From the NCBI GenBank assembly GCA_018062765.1, contig JAGORR010000001.1, positions 506,485-570,484 on the forward strand: a stretch of 64,000 bases of DNA, written 5' to 3'. Every line of letters begins with the position of its first letter. The stretch's first letter is position 1. Below are positions 28,649 through 36,765 of this stretch, in pieces. This DNA comes from Minisyncoccota bacterium (GTDB lineage: Bacteria; Patescibacteriota; Minisyncoccia; Phycocordibacterales; Phycocordibacteraceae). The notes beneath the pieces were generated by a model that saw only the letters and a list, made by a program, of their open reading frames with translations, made no database searches and had not been told where the DNA came from. A program made the translations under genes and the position numbers.

Positions 28649-28694
28649 AGTGAAAAGATGGGTCGGGAGGATGAAGCGGGCTCATGAAACCGTG

Positions 28695-28745
28695 CTTACC
28701 ACTTCATCCCACCTATATGGCAGTATATGCCACAGTTTCCCACTC
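28695..28745 (-). promoter_or_regulatory. putative MraZ operator (GTGGG direct repeats at 10-nt spacing)
   Basis: minus strand reads GTGGGAAACT GTGGCATATA ... GTGGGATGAA GTGGTAAGCA upstream of mraZ. Confidence 0.4.
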
Positions 28746-28849
28746 CCCTCCCCTTATCCACACGCGGATTTGACCGCGATAAGCCCGTTCCGGTAGGATG
28801 GCGGTATGAGCAACGCGGGACGCCTTACTTGGTTTTATGCCTATGCTTG

Positions 28850-28950
28850 GGCCTTCTTTAGGAAGGTCGGGGTCCCGCTTGAGATTTCTCTCCGCCAATA
28901 GGCATCGATAGAGATCTGACGCAGGCCCCCGACCAAATCGGGGGCCGTTC
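28850..28950 (+). promoter_or_regulatory. structured RNA leader, copy 1 (candidate riboswitch/attenuator)
   Basis: P1 CCTTC/GAAGG hairpin; GGTCGGGG (28865-72) complementary to CCCCGACC (28927-34), which is also the 5' arm of terminator-style hairpin GGCCCCCGA-ccaaa-TCGGGGGCC; CU-rich/AG-rich internal hairpin. Confidence 0.5.
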
Positions 28951-29010
28951 GCTTGTAGCGATGCAACGTTCTTTCAACCGCGGCAGGAGCCGCACGAATA
29001 GGAGTTACCG

Positions 29011-29469
29011 ATGATCCAGATGGCATACCAGTATCGCTTCGTGACGAACGCGAGACACCGCCACACTGCAGCCGTGATGACGTATCTTGCGACCCTCACT
29101 GGCTGCCAGGTCGTTACCCTGACCGATTCGAGCGAGCTGCCGCGCACCTCAGATATCGCCATCGTCTTCGGCACACTCGGGATGAAACCCGGCGTCGAGG
29201 TACTCTATGGAGAACCGACCGAGCTGCGACAGCTTGGCTGCCACGACATTACGGGAGACGACCGGTCTGCGGGACAAGTCATCCTCATCCGTTCACGCAT
29301 GACTGACTTCAGTCCGTACGGGAGTTTCGAAGCGTGGATGACACACCTCCGCAAAGAGCTCGAAGTGGCCGTCCGCACAATTGGCACCAAGAAGCCAAAA
29401 CCTTCGGCCCGTTCCGGCCTTCCGCCGGATGATGGCGAGTACCGTCGTCATGCATCGACTGCCTGGTAA
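29011..29469 (+). CDS. hypothetical protein (paralog A, leader-regulated)
   Basis: 152 aa; AGGAG SD; weak similarity to the 29753 gene (FGTLGMKPGVEVLYG~FSSSTGIFKGTYLRHG; KKPKPSARSG~KKPEKPAIEWKSG). Confidence 0.55.
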   Translation: MIQMAYQYRFVTNARHRHTAAVMTYLATLTGCQVVTLTDSSELPRTSDIAIVFGTLGMKPGVEVLYGEPTELRQLGCHDITGDDRSAGQVILIRSRMTDFSPYGSFEAWMTHLRKELEVAVRTIGTKKPKPSARSGLPPDDGEYRRHASTAW

Positions 29470-29603
29470 TCTAATAGACTCTCACTGCAGCCCCTATGGG
29501 GCTGCTTTTCTTTTCCCCAGCCCGCCCAGTTGACCGGATATGCGCGAATAGGTAGGCTCTATAAGCAATGAATCAAGCGAAGATTATCGTCGTCACCCGC
29601 ATC

Positions 29604-29705
29604 GGCCTTCTTAGGAAGGTCGGGGCTTCGCTTGAGCTTTCTTTCCAGGGACACTAAAAGGAAAAGAAAGTTCACGGGAACCCCCGACCGAAAGGCCGGG
29701 GGTTC
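29604..29705 (+). promoter_or_regulatory. structured RNA leader, copy 2 (candidate riboswitch/attenuator)
   Basis: same architecture as copy 1: CCTTC-ttag-GAAGG, GGTCGGGG (29618-25), CTTTCTTTCC/GGAAAAGAAAG hairpin, CCCCCGACC-gaaa-GGCCGGGGG. Confidence 0.5.
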
Positions 29706-29752
29706 CGCTCGTTATGCAGAGTGCAAACGGGCAATCATAAAGGGAGCGAGTC

Positions 29753-30190
29753 ATGTTCTTTGTATTTAAGAGTGATGAGGTTGCGAACCTCGCAGGAAAG
29801 GCGCTCGAGAGAATGACGGTGCCCGTCGCCGTCCTTTCCGGAGCTCTTGAACGGTGTCCGCAGGCAGGCATCCCGATATTCTCGAGCTCGACCGGCATCT
29901 TCAAGGGGACCTACTTGAGGCACGGAACGATAGAAAGCCTCAGGAGCCGAGGTATCCGTATACCAGCATGGGCCGAGGGCGCGAAGTACGGTATCGCACT
30001 CAAACGTCTGGAGCCGGTGGTCTGTCAGCATGACCGCCGCTTCAGTCGCGCAGTCCTATCGGTAGACTGCGTCAGGCTCATGACCCCGCATGCGAAGAAA
30101 CCGGAGAAGCCGGCCATCGAATGGAAAAGCGGCTACTTCGCACGCATGCGCCAGGGCCGGCTCTCACGCCTCGAAACGATGGGGCTCTAA
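29753..30190 (+). CDS. hypothetical protein (paralog B, leader-regulated)
   Basis: 145 aa; AGGGAG SD; see paralog A. Confidence 0.55.
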   Translation: MFFVFKSDEVANLAGKALERMTVPVAVLSGALERCPQAGIPIFSSSTGIFKGTYLRHGTIESLRSRGIRIPAWAEGAKYGIALKRLEPVVCQHDRRFSRAVLSVDCVRLMTPHAKKPEKPAIEWKSGYFARMRQGRLSRLETMGL

Positions 30191-30196
30191 ATTGCC

Positions 30197-30229
30197 AAAG
30201 GCGACCGTAAGGTCGCCTTTTCGCTTTTA
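30197..30229. terminator. bidirectional terminator
   Basis: aaaggcgacc-gtaa-ggtcgccttt then tcgctttta. Confidence 0.8.
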
Positions 30230-31789
30230 CGCGCTCGCCTCTTTAAGGCGCGCCGAGACCATCTCAGGCGGCAGCACTGATAGAAACCATCCTGCCTTAG
30301 GCCCTGAATCACGGTTAAGGAATATGCGGTAAATCGCTGAGAAAAGCGCCTTGGGCTCTATCGGCACCTCATTCCGGAGCTCAAACAGTTTCGCTTGCAC
30401 TTCCTCCCCCGTATGCGGCGTCTGCATGAAGTCTGCAAGCGCGGAGAGCGCCTTCTTCTGCTCATCCGAGAATGTAAGCCCCTCAGGAACCGTGTTTTGC
30501 AGAACGTACTTGTGACTATCGGGCGCATACGTAGAGAGCCAGAAACGCGCGTACGCGGCGCGCTCACCGAGCACCCGCTTCTCTTCTTCCGTAAGTGGGC
30601 TTTCCTTCACGCGCTCGGCCTCTGCTTCAAGCGAGAGGTGCGGCATCTGCACTATGAATGCGACCTGAGAAAAGCGCAGCTGCCAGGGAGCGGCGTATCC
30701 GGTTCCAGGAAGTTGCGAAACCGCGTAGATGCGTGCAAAGTCATCCGCCTTCCCGTCCCGCACACCGTCCGCAAGGTCGTCGTACCAGTCGAAGGTGCGC
30801 GGTACCGAGTCACCAGAAGGGTCGATGTCTATCTGTTGATTGATATCTTTCCCGAGCATGACGAGGCGGAACACCGTGGGCGGGAAGAGCTCGCTCATCT
30901 CCTTAGCGCTTGATCCACGACCCTTCGACGAAGACATCTTCTTACCGCCCACCAAGAAGAACTCGTACGGGATGTCGTAGGGCGACGGTAAATCAAACAG
31001 CTCCTTAGCGATGTGATTTGAGACATCGCGTGCGCCGCCTTTGGTGGAGTGGTCCTTTCCTGCGCCCTCGATATCAACGCCGCGCGCCGCCCACTTCGCC
31101 GCCCAGTCAACTTTCCAAAATAGTTTTGCAGCGCCTTTCCACGGCGCAACGCGTCCCTTGGCGCCGCACGGCACCGACCCATCGGGACCTTTGTCGCACG
31201 TGTAGCCGACCGTCTCACCATCAAAATCATAGGCGCGCGTTGTCATCACCTTCCCGCAGGTCTCACAAATAACAGATATCGGAAGCCACGAATCATCCTT
31301 CGTCGAACCGGAGACTTCTTTCATAATGCGTCTGACGTCAGCAGCGCGCGTAAGCGCGATACGGATGTACTTATCCATGGCGCCGGAGCGGTAGAGCTCG
31401 GTCGCGCGATAGTAGGTTGGTTTAAAACCGGCCTTCTCGTGCACCGATACGAACTCGGCAGCGAAGTATTCAGCATAGCTATCAAATCCTGGCTCAGGAG
31501 ACGGGACCGCGTACAACGGCTTTCCGAGATGCTCTCGGAACACTGCCTCATCGAGGTATCCGGGAACCGTGTCGAACGGATCGATATCGTTGAGTTCGTA
31601 CTGATACTCATTCGCAATACCTTTCGCGGTAAGAATCTCCGAGACGAGACCGTGTATCGCAACCCCGCGCATGGAACCAATATGGACCCTGCCGGACATC
31701 GTTTTCTCGTCGCGAATAACGAACTTCTTACCGTCTCGCGGGGTAAGGTCGGCAATCTCCTTGGCTATCCTGTCTGCCCAAAACATCAC
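30227..31789 (-). CDS. lysK: class I-type lysyl-tRNA synthetase (LysK-like)
   Basis: 520 aa; SGRVHIGSMRG (HIGH-like) and GGKKMSSSKG (KMSKS) in a class I LysRS-like arrangement; ArgRS-like alternatives not excluded. Confidence 0.55.
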   Translation of the reverse strand: MMFWADRIAKEIADLTPRDGKKFVIRDEKTMSGRVHIGSMRGVAIHGLVSEILTAKGIANEYQYELNDIDPFDTVPGYLDEAVFREHLGKPLYAVPSPEPGFDSYAEYFAAEFVSVHEKAGFKPTYYRATELYRSGAMDKYIRIALTRAADVRRIMKEVSGSTKDDSWLPISVICETCGKVMTTRAYDFDGETVGYTCDKGPDGSVPCGAKGRVAPWKGAAKLFWKVDWAAKWAARGVDIEGAGKDHSTKGGARDVSNHIAKELFDLPSPYDIPYEFFLVGGKKMSSSKGRGSSAKEMSELFPPTVFRLVMLGKDINQQIDIDPSGDSVPRTFDWYDDLADGVRDGKADDFARIYAVSQLPGTGYAAPWQLRFSQVAFIVQMPHLSLEAEAERVKESPLTEEEKRVLGERAAYARFWLSTYAPDSHKYVLQNTVPEGLTFSDEQKKALSALADFMQTPHTGEEVQAKLFELRNEVPIEPKALFSAIYRIFLNRDSGPKAGWFLSVLPPEMVSARLKEASA

Positions 31790-31970
31790 TAAAATCTACC
31801 ACAGTGCACTCAGAAGGAGCGAGAGGAACGGATTTTCGGGACTCTCGGAGGCAAAGCAGCACGGTAATTTTGCCGCCGATAGGCAGCTGCGGCGAAATTC
31901 GCGAGCCGAGAGAGAGCGCGACCTCCGGCTGGGGAGGTCGACACGTGCCCGAAAAGATGTTCCTCGAGCG

Positions 31971-32441
31971 TTAGACTACCTTCTCTATCGTATAGGTCTG
32001 TTTACCGTTAGGAGTCTCAAACGTGAAGGTCTCCCCCTTCTTCTTTCCCATAAGTGCGGCGCCAAGTGGCGATACATGGGAGAGCTTCCTCTCGCGCATA
32101 TCAGCTTCCTCGCTACCGACAATCATGTACTCATGCGCGTCAGGCGCACCCTCTTTCTTGATGTGGACCTTCGAGCCAAAACCTACTACGTCCTTCTTCT
32201 TGTTATCGCTCTGTATCTTCGCGTGCTTCACCACATCCTCGAGCTTTCTGATGCGCTCTTCAGTTGCAGCTTGGAGTTCCCGCGCTTCTTGGTATTCAGC
32301 GTTCTCAGAAAGGTCTCCGAGTGAACGGGCATACTCAAGATTCTTCGCGATCTCGGTGCGTCGTACGGTCTTGAGGTTCTCGAGCTCCTTGACTATCTCG
32401 TCGAATTTTTCCTGCGAGACTATCGTTTCCGTTTCGGTCAT
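31971..32441 (-). CDS. greA: transcription elongation factor GreA
   Basis: 156 aa from MTETETIVSQEKFDEIVKELE; coiled-coil N-domain and FKBP-like C-domain; AAGGAA SD. Confidence 0.85.
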   Translation of the reverse strand: MTETETIVSQEKFDEIVKELENLKTVRRTEIAKNLEYARSLGDLSENAEYQEARELQAATEERIRKLEDVVKHAKIQSDNKKKDVVGFGSKVHIKKEGAPDAHEYMIVGSEEADMRERKLSHVSPLGAALMGKKKGETFTFETPNGKQTYTIEKVV

Positions 32442-32496
32442 TTCCTTTGCGCTGATGATATGGAGGCATTGTACGGGAAGCGTTCGCAAGCGCAAG

Positions 32497-32537
32497 GAAA
32501 AACCGCGCCCGTGAGGGGCGCGGCCTTGGTTTGTTTG
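32497..32537. terminator. bidirectional terminator
   Basis: ccgcgccc-gtgag-gggcgcgg flanked by an A-run and a T-run. Confidence 0.75.
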
Positions 32538-32545
32538 AAATCGCA

Positions 32546-32881
32546 TCAACGATTCTTCGATTCCTGGCCGTCTGTGATGCGCGACCCCAGATGAGAACCG
32601 CTCTGCTTCCCGGTAGGAACACAGCTCTGAATGAGCTTGTGCTTCGCTCGCACGAACGCATCTGGATACGCTTTTGCCATAGTGTCGAGCTCGGCAGTAG
32701 TGACTCCGAGCCTTAACATCGCATCGGGTACGTCTAAGCCTAGACGTTTATCATGCATGAGCATGAAAGCGAGCAAGGCATCAGATCGCCGCTCGTCATC
32801 AGCGGATGAACTGCGCAGGACGAGCAGATGCAAGGCGCAGGCTGAGATCCACTCCTCTGCATTGGGCATTGCTTCCGTCAT
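32546..32881 (-). CDS. hypothetical protein
   Basis: 111 aa; no recognised domain. Confidence 0.45.
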   Translation of the reverse strand: MTEAMPNAEEWISACALHLLVLRSSSADDERRSDALLAFMLMHDKRLGLDVPDAMLRLGVTTAELDTMAKAYPDAFVRAKHKLIQSCVPTGKQSGSHLGSRITDGQESKNR

Positions 32882-32958
32882 GATCTTCAGATCTCCTATC
32901 CATTCCGAGAAATATCATACTACATATTTAACAATGTTGCAACCCAGACACATGCACG

Positions 32959-34638
32959 CTACTGGGATTCTTCAATGCCGAAGTACTCCGGAGCGGTCTC
33001 TCGAAGCTCTCTTAATATCTGATGCATTACATAAATGCCGCCGGTCGCAGTTCCCGCGGGCCCTCGCTCCATCACGACGACGTATACGTACTTCGGATTG
33101 TCGTATGGCCAGAAGCCGACCGCCCACATGTTGTAGTACTCGTTATTTGCACCAAGCTGTGCGGTTCCCGTCTTTCCTGCAGCGCGCACATATGAAAGAT
33201 CGTTAAGACCGATCGACGTTCCTTCCGTAACGCCAAGGCGCATACCCTCGCGCGCGATTTTGAGCCCTTCCGCCGATATATTCATACTCTCTCCAATTGG
33301 CGACTGCCCCGCCACCACAGTGGGTCGCAATAACTTTCCTCCGTTTGCGATAGCTGCTACCGCACGCGCCGCTTCAAGCGGGGTTATTTGCATCGAGTAC
33401 TGCCCTATAGCGGTGTGGAAGGTGTTGCCGATATTCCATGCCTCACCAAACGTCTCCTGCTTCCACTCAGGGTCCGGTATGAATCCACTCGCCTCGGCGC
33501 CAAGATCCACCTTGGTTGCAGTATCAAATCCAAACGTATGGAACCAGTGCTTTAGGCGCTCGATACCAAGTCCCTTTTGGCCTGCGAACCCGCCGCCAAC
33601 CGTGTAGAAATACACGTCTCCCGAATGCGCTATGGCGCCGCGCATATCCAAGGCGCCATGCGCCTTCCAGTCCTTGAATATCGTCGGATGCTCTGGGTCG
33701 TACGGGTTCGGGTATTCCAAGGCGCCATCCGAGTAGATAGTCTTGTACTCGCTAATAATGCCGTCTGTGATAGCACCTGCCGCGACCATCGGCTTTACGA
33801 TGGAACCTGGCGTATAGAGACCTGAAACTGCGCGATCGACATACGGACGGCGCGCGTCGGTCGCGTATCCTGCAATGACATCGGCCGGCTCTCCCTTTGA
33901 GAGCACGTTTGGGTCGTACTCTGGGTAAGAAACGAGTGCGTGTATCTCCCCAGTAGTAGCATCCATGAGTACTCCGGACCCGCCTTCAAATGGCGTGCGA
34001 CCGGCAAGGTCTGCAATAGCGCGATAGAACGCGCTCTGCACGCGCTTGTCTATGGAAAGAGTCAACGTCTCTCCCGGAATCGCGGGCTCCGTCATTCCCT
34101 GCGATATCACCTCTCCGAGCGCGTCTTCCTCCACTAGGAGGCGGCCATTCTTTCCGGCAAGCTCCGCGTCGTGCGCGCTCTCTACACCCGCCATACCCTG
34201 TATCTCTGTCTCGTAGTAATTTCCGGAGGAATCCTTCTTCGGGTAGGAAACGTATCCCAATAGATGCGCGAAGCCCGGAGAGGCATACACGCGTCGTGTG
34301 AATCCTTCCTCCGTCGCTTCGTTTGATACGAGAGGTTCACCACGCCGGTCTGTGATGGCGCCGCGTGGCGCAAAGATAACTTCAGGCGAAAGCGTGTTCC
34401 GCTCGCTTTGCGCGGCGTACGCCTTCCCCTTCATGACCTGCAAATGCATTGATTGGCCCGCAAGAATAAGGAGCATGACCGTAACGAGACCACCGAGGCC
34501 CCAGAACGCGCGAGCCGACAACGGCTCTTCGAGTCTCCCTTCCATGCGTTCGCGATCGAACGCAGGGATGTTGGAAGCGTCGAGAAATATCTCGTCCGGT
34601 GCTATTTCTCGCTCCCTATACCGACGAAATGGACGCAT
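32959..34638 (-). CDS. mrdA: peptidoglycan D,D-transpeptidase MrdA (PBP2)
   Basis: class B PBP with SIVKP, SGD, KTGTA motifs; follows mreBCD. Confidence 0.8.
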   Translation of the reverse strand: MRPFRRYREREIAPDEIFLDASNIPAFDRERMEGRLEEPLSARAFWGLGGLVTVMLLILAGQSMHLQVMKGKAYAAQSERNTLSPEVIFAPRGAITDRRGEPLVSNEATEEGFTRRVYASPGFAHLLGYVSYPKKDSSGNYYETEIQGMAGVESAHDAELAGKNGRLLVEEDALGEVISQGMTEPAIPGETLTLSIDKRVQSAFYRAIADLAGRTPFEGGSGVLMDATTGEIHALVSYPEYDPNVLSKGEPADVIAGYATDARRPYVDRAVSGLYTPGSIVKPMVAAGAITDGIISEYKTIYSDGALEYPNPYDPEHPTIFKDWKAHGALDMRGAIAHSGDVYFYTVGGGFAGQKGLGIERLKHWFHTFGFDTATKVDLGAEASGFIPDPEWKQETFGEAWNIGNTFHTAIGQYSMQITPLEAARAVAAIANGGKLLRPTVVAGQSPIGESMNISAEGLKIAREGMRLGVTEGTSIGLNDLSYVRAAGKTGTAQLGANNEYYNMWAVGFWPYDNPKYVYVVVMERGPAGTATGGIYVMHQILRELRETAPEYFGIEESQ

Positions 34639-34665
34639 CTCTCCATTCTATCAAAATCGTCCTTG

Positions 34666-34926
34666 CTACGCCCCGAAACCCGCGACGCGAGTCGAAAAAA
34701 AGCGCGAAATAAGAAAACCTGCGAGCGTTGCGGCTGTTCCGTAAATGATGCCCTGGGGCACACTTGCCGCACCCGGCGCGAAATAAAGCGCGTCCGCAAG
34801 GACGCCATAGAGTATGCCTGCAGGAGGAAACGCGATAGACGCGATACACGTAAGTAGCATGAAAAATGGCGCCGGAAACATGAGGAGTGCGGGCAACGGA
34901 GCAGCAATGAGTATCGCGCGAATCAT
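34666..34926 (-). CDS. mreD: MreD-like small membrane protein
   Basis: 86-aa hydrophobic protein in the mreD position between mreC and mrdA; unusually short. Confidence 0.45.
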   Translation of the reverse strand: MIRAILIAAPLPALLMFPAPFFMLLTCIASIAFPPAGILYGVLADALYFAPGAASVPQGIIYGTAATLAGFLISRFFSTRVAGFGA

Positions 34927-35720
34927 GGAAGTGCTACGGGCGGATACACGATGACCGAGGAAATTGAGAAGGGATTCGTGATGGGATCTATGTATACCGT
35001 TTTCGAAGGATCTGCCGGGTCCGTATCGACTCGACGTATTACCCCTATCGGCAGGGAGCCCGCCGCTGCTACATATATAGAGTCGCCCTCGAGGACTGTT
35101 GCCTCGCGCGGCGCGTTTGCGGTAAAGGCGCCTGCCCCTGCTCCAGTCAAAGCGAGCGCGATGCGTGCCTCCCCTGCCCAGGCCTCCGTGAGGACGCCTG
35201 GCGCAGACAGAAGCAAGACGCGAGCCGACGCACGGGTCACGGAGGCAACACGACCGAGCGGGATACCTCCTGCTCCCGTTACAAGTCCCCCAACACCAAC
35301 TCCCGCATCACTGCCCTGGTCTATCACCAAGGCATCATAGGGGCTTTGTGGTGGGCGGGCGATAACATATGCGACAACACCTTTTGCCGGTTCCGTACGC
35401 GAGCCAAGGAGCGTTTCGAGGTCAGCGACACGCGACGCAAGCACCCTGTTCTGCTCCTCCATCGCCGTTGCGTACCGCTTGGCTTCCGTGAGCTTTCGCG
35501 AGAGCTCTGCAGGGCCCGTAACCGCTGCGCCTCCAGCAGCGATGCCAGCAATCGCCATATCGGAAACATAGGCGACGGGTGCCAAGACACCAGAGACGGC
35601 ACCCGGAACGACAAGCCGCACACCTATGATGGCAACGACGAGCACGACGAGCACGACGCCCGTGCGCGAAATCTTCGACGGCAGAATGGCGTTACGCCTC
35701 CCGAAGACTGACTTCTTCAT
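34923..35720 (-). CDS. mreC: rod shape-determining protein MreC
   Basis: N-terminal TM, coiled coil and beta-rich C-domain; conserved context. Confidence 0.8.
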   Translation of the reverse strand: MKKSVFGRRNAILPSKISRTGVVLVVLVVAIIGVRLVVPGAVSGVLAPVAYVSDMAIAGIAAGGAAVTGPAELSRKLTEAKRYATAMEEQNRVLASRVADLETLLGSRTEPAKGVVAYVIARPPQSPYDALVIDQGSDAGVGVGGLVTGAGGIPLGRVASVTRASARVLLLSAPGVLTEAWAGEARIALALTGAGAGAFTANAPREATVLEGDSIYVAAAGSLPIGVIRRVDTDPADPSKTVYIDPITNPFSISSVIVYPPVALP

Positions 35721-36747
35721 CGATGAATGTGTTCGCCCACGGCCGCGGGTCCTCGGTCACGATGCCTGTCCCACGGACGACCGCCGTGAGAGGTTCTGGT
35801 GCCACGTGCACCGGAACGCCGAGCATCTTCGAGAGCAGTTGCGGTAAGCCCCGCAAAAGCGCTCCGCCACCGAATACCACCACCCCGCGCTCAAGCACAT
35901 CCGAAAGCAATTCCGGCGGCGTTTTCTCGATAACTTCCTTCATGGCTTCCATCAAGGTATCAAGAGATGGTTCCAAGGCCTCGCGCACATGCGCGTCTGT
36001 CAACGTAATCTCGCGCGGCAATCCAGTCGCAAGGTCTCGTCCACGCACCGCCTTCTCAAGCGCGTCGTTCATCGGCAATACCGCTCCAATGCCTATCTTC
36101 ACCTCTTCTGCAGTGCGTTCGCCAATCAAGAGTTGAAATTCGCTCCGTACGAAATCAATGATGTTCTCGTTGAAACGATCGCCCGCGACCTGAGAGCTCT
36201 TGGAGGAAACGGTGCCGCCTAGCGCCAAGACCGCAATATCGGTCGTGCCGCCCCCGATGTCGAGCACCATGGTGCCCACCGCTTCCTGTATGGGAAGCTT
36301 CACGCCTATCGCGCCCGCCACCGGCTCCTCCATGATGTACACCTCTCGCGCGCCTGCGGTCAATGCCGCATCCCGTACCGCGCGACTCTCCACGTTCGTG
36401 ACGCCGGTAGGTACACCAACAACAACGCGCGGTCCAAAAAGGCGCGAACGCCCGCCCTGCGCCTTATTGATGAGGTACGCAAGCAACTCCTCGGTAACCT
36501 CAAAGTCAGAAATGACACCGTGCGATAACGGCCGTACCGCCCGTATATGCGACGGCGTCTTCCCGAGCATGCGTTTCGCTTCAGTACCTACAGCGACCAC
36601 CTGCCCCGTTTTGTCGTTCACGGCGACGACCGAAGGTTCCGCTATAACAATGCCTCGACCGCGCACGTAGACGAGCGTATTTGCGGTACCCAGGTCTATT
36701 CCGATATCACTCGAGAAAAGTGAGCTCTTTGAGAAACGCCGTACCAT
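35692..36747 (-). CDS. mreB: rod shape-determining protein MreB
   Basis: actin-fold motifs DLGTANTLVY, DIGGGTTD. Confidence 0.9.
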   Translation of the reverse strand: MVRRFSKSSLFSSDIGIDLGTANTLVYVRGRGIVIAEPSVVAVNDKTGQVVAVGTEAKRMLGKTPSHIRAVRPLSHGVISDFEVTEELLAYLINKAQGGRSRLFGPRVVVGVPTGVTNVESRAVRDAALTAGAREVYIMEEPVAGAIGVKLPIQEAVGTMVLDIGGGTTDIAVLALGGTVSSKSSQVAGDRFNENIIDFVRSEFQLLIGERTAEEVKIGIGAVLPMNDALEKAVRGRDLATGLPREITLTDAHVREALEPSLDTLMEAMKEVIEKTPPELLSDVLERGVVVFGGGALLRGLPQLLSKMLGVPVHVAPEPLTAVVRGTGIVTEDPRPWANTFIDEEVSLREA

Positions 36748-36765
36748 AACAGAAGCTGATGACTC

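Noticed and set aside
31671-32324. 217-aa plus-strand ORF
   Set aside because: It overlaps greA in antisense and the lysK 5' region. It has no SD and a low-complexity product.
32540-32620. tRNA-like T-loop sequence cttcgattcc
   Set aside because: There are no complementary T-stem arms or acceptor stem. It lies inside the coding sequence of the 32546-32881 gene.
36200-36670. 156-aa plus-strand ORF
   Set aside because: It is antisense to mreB.
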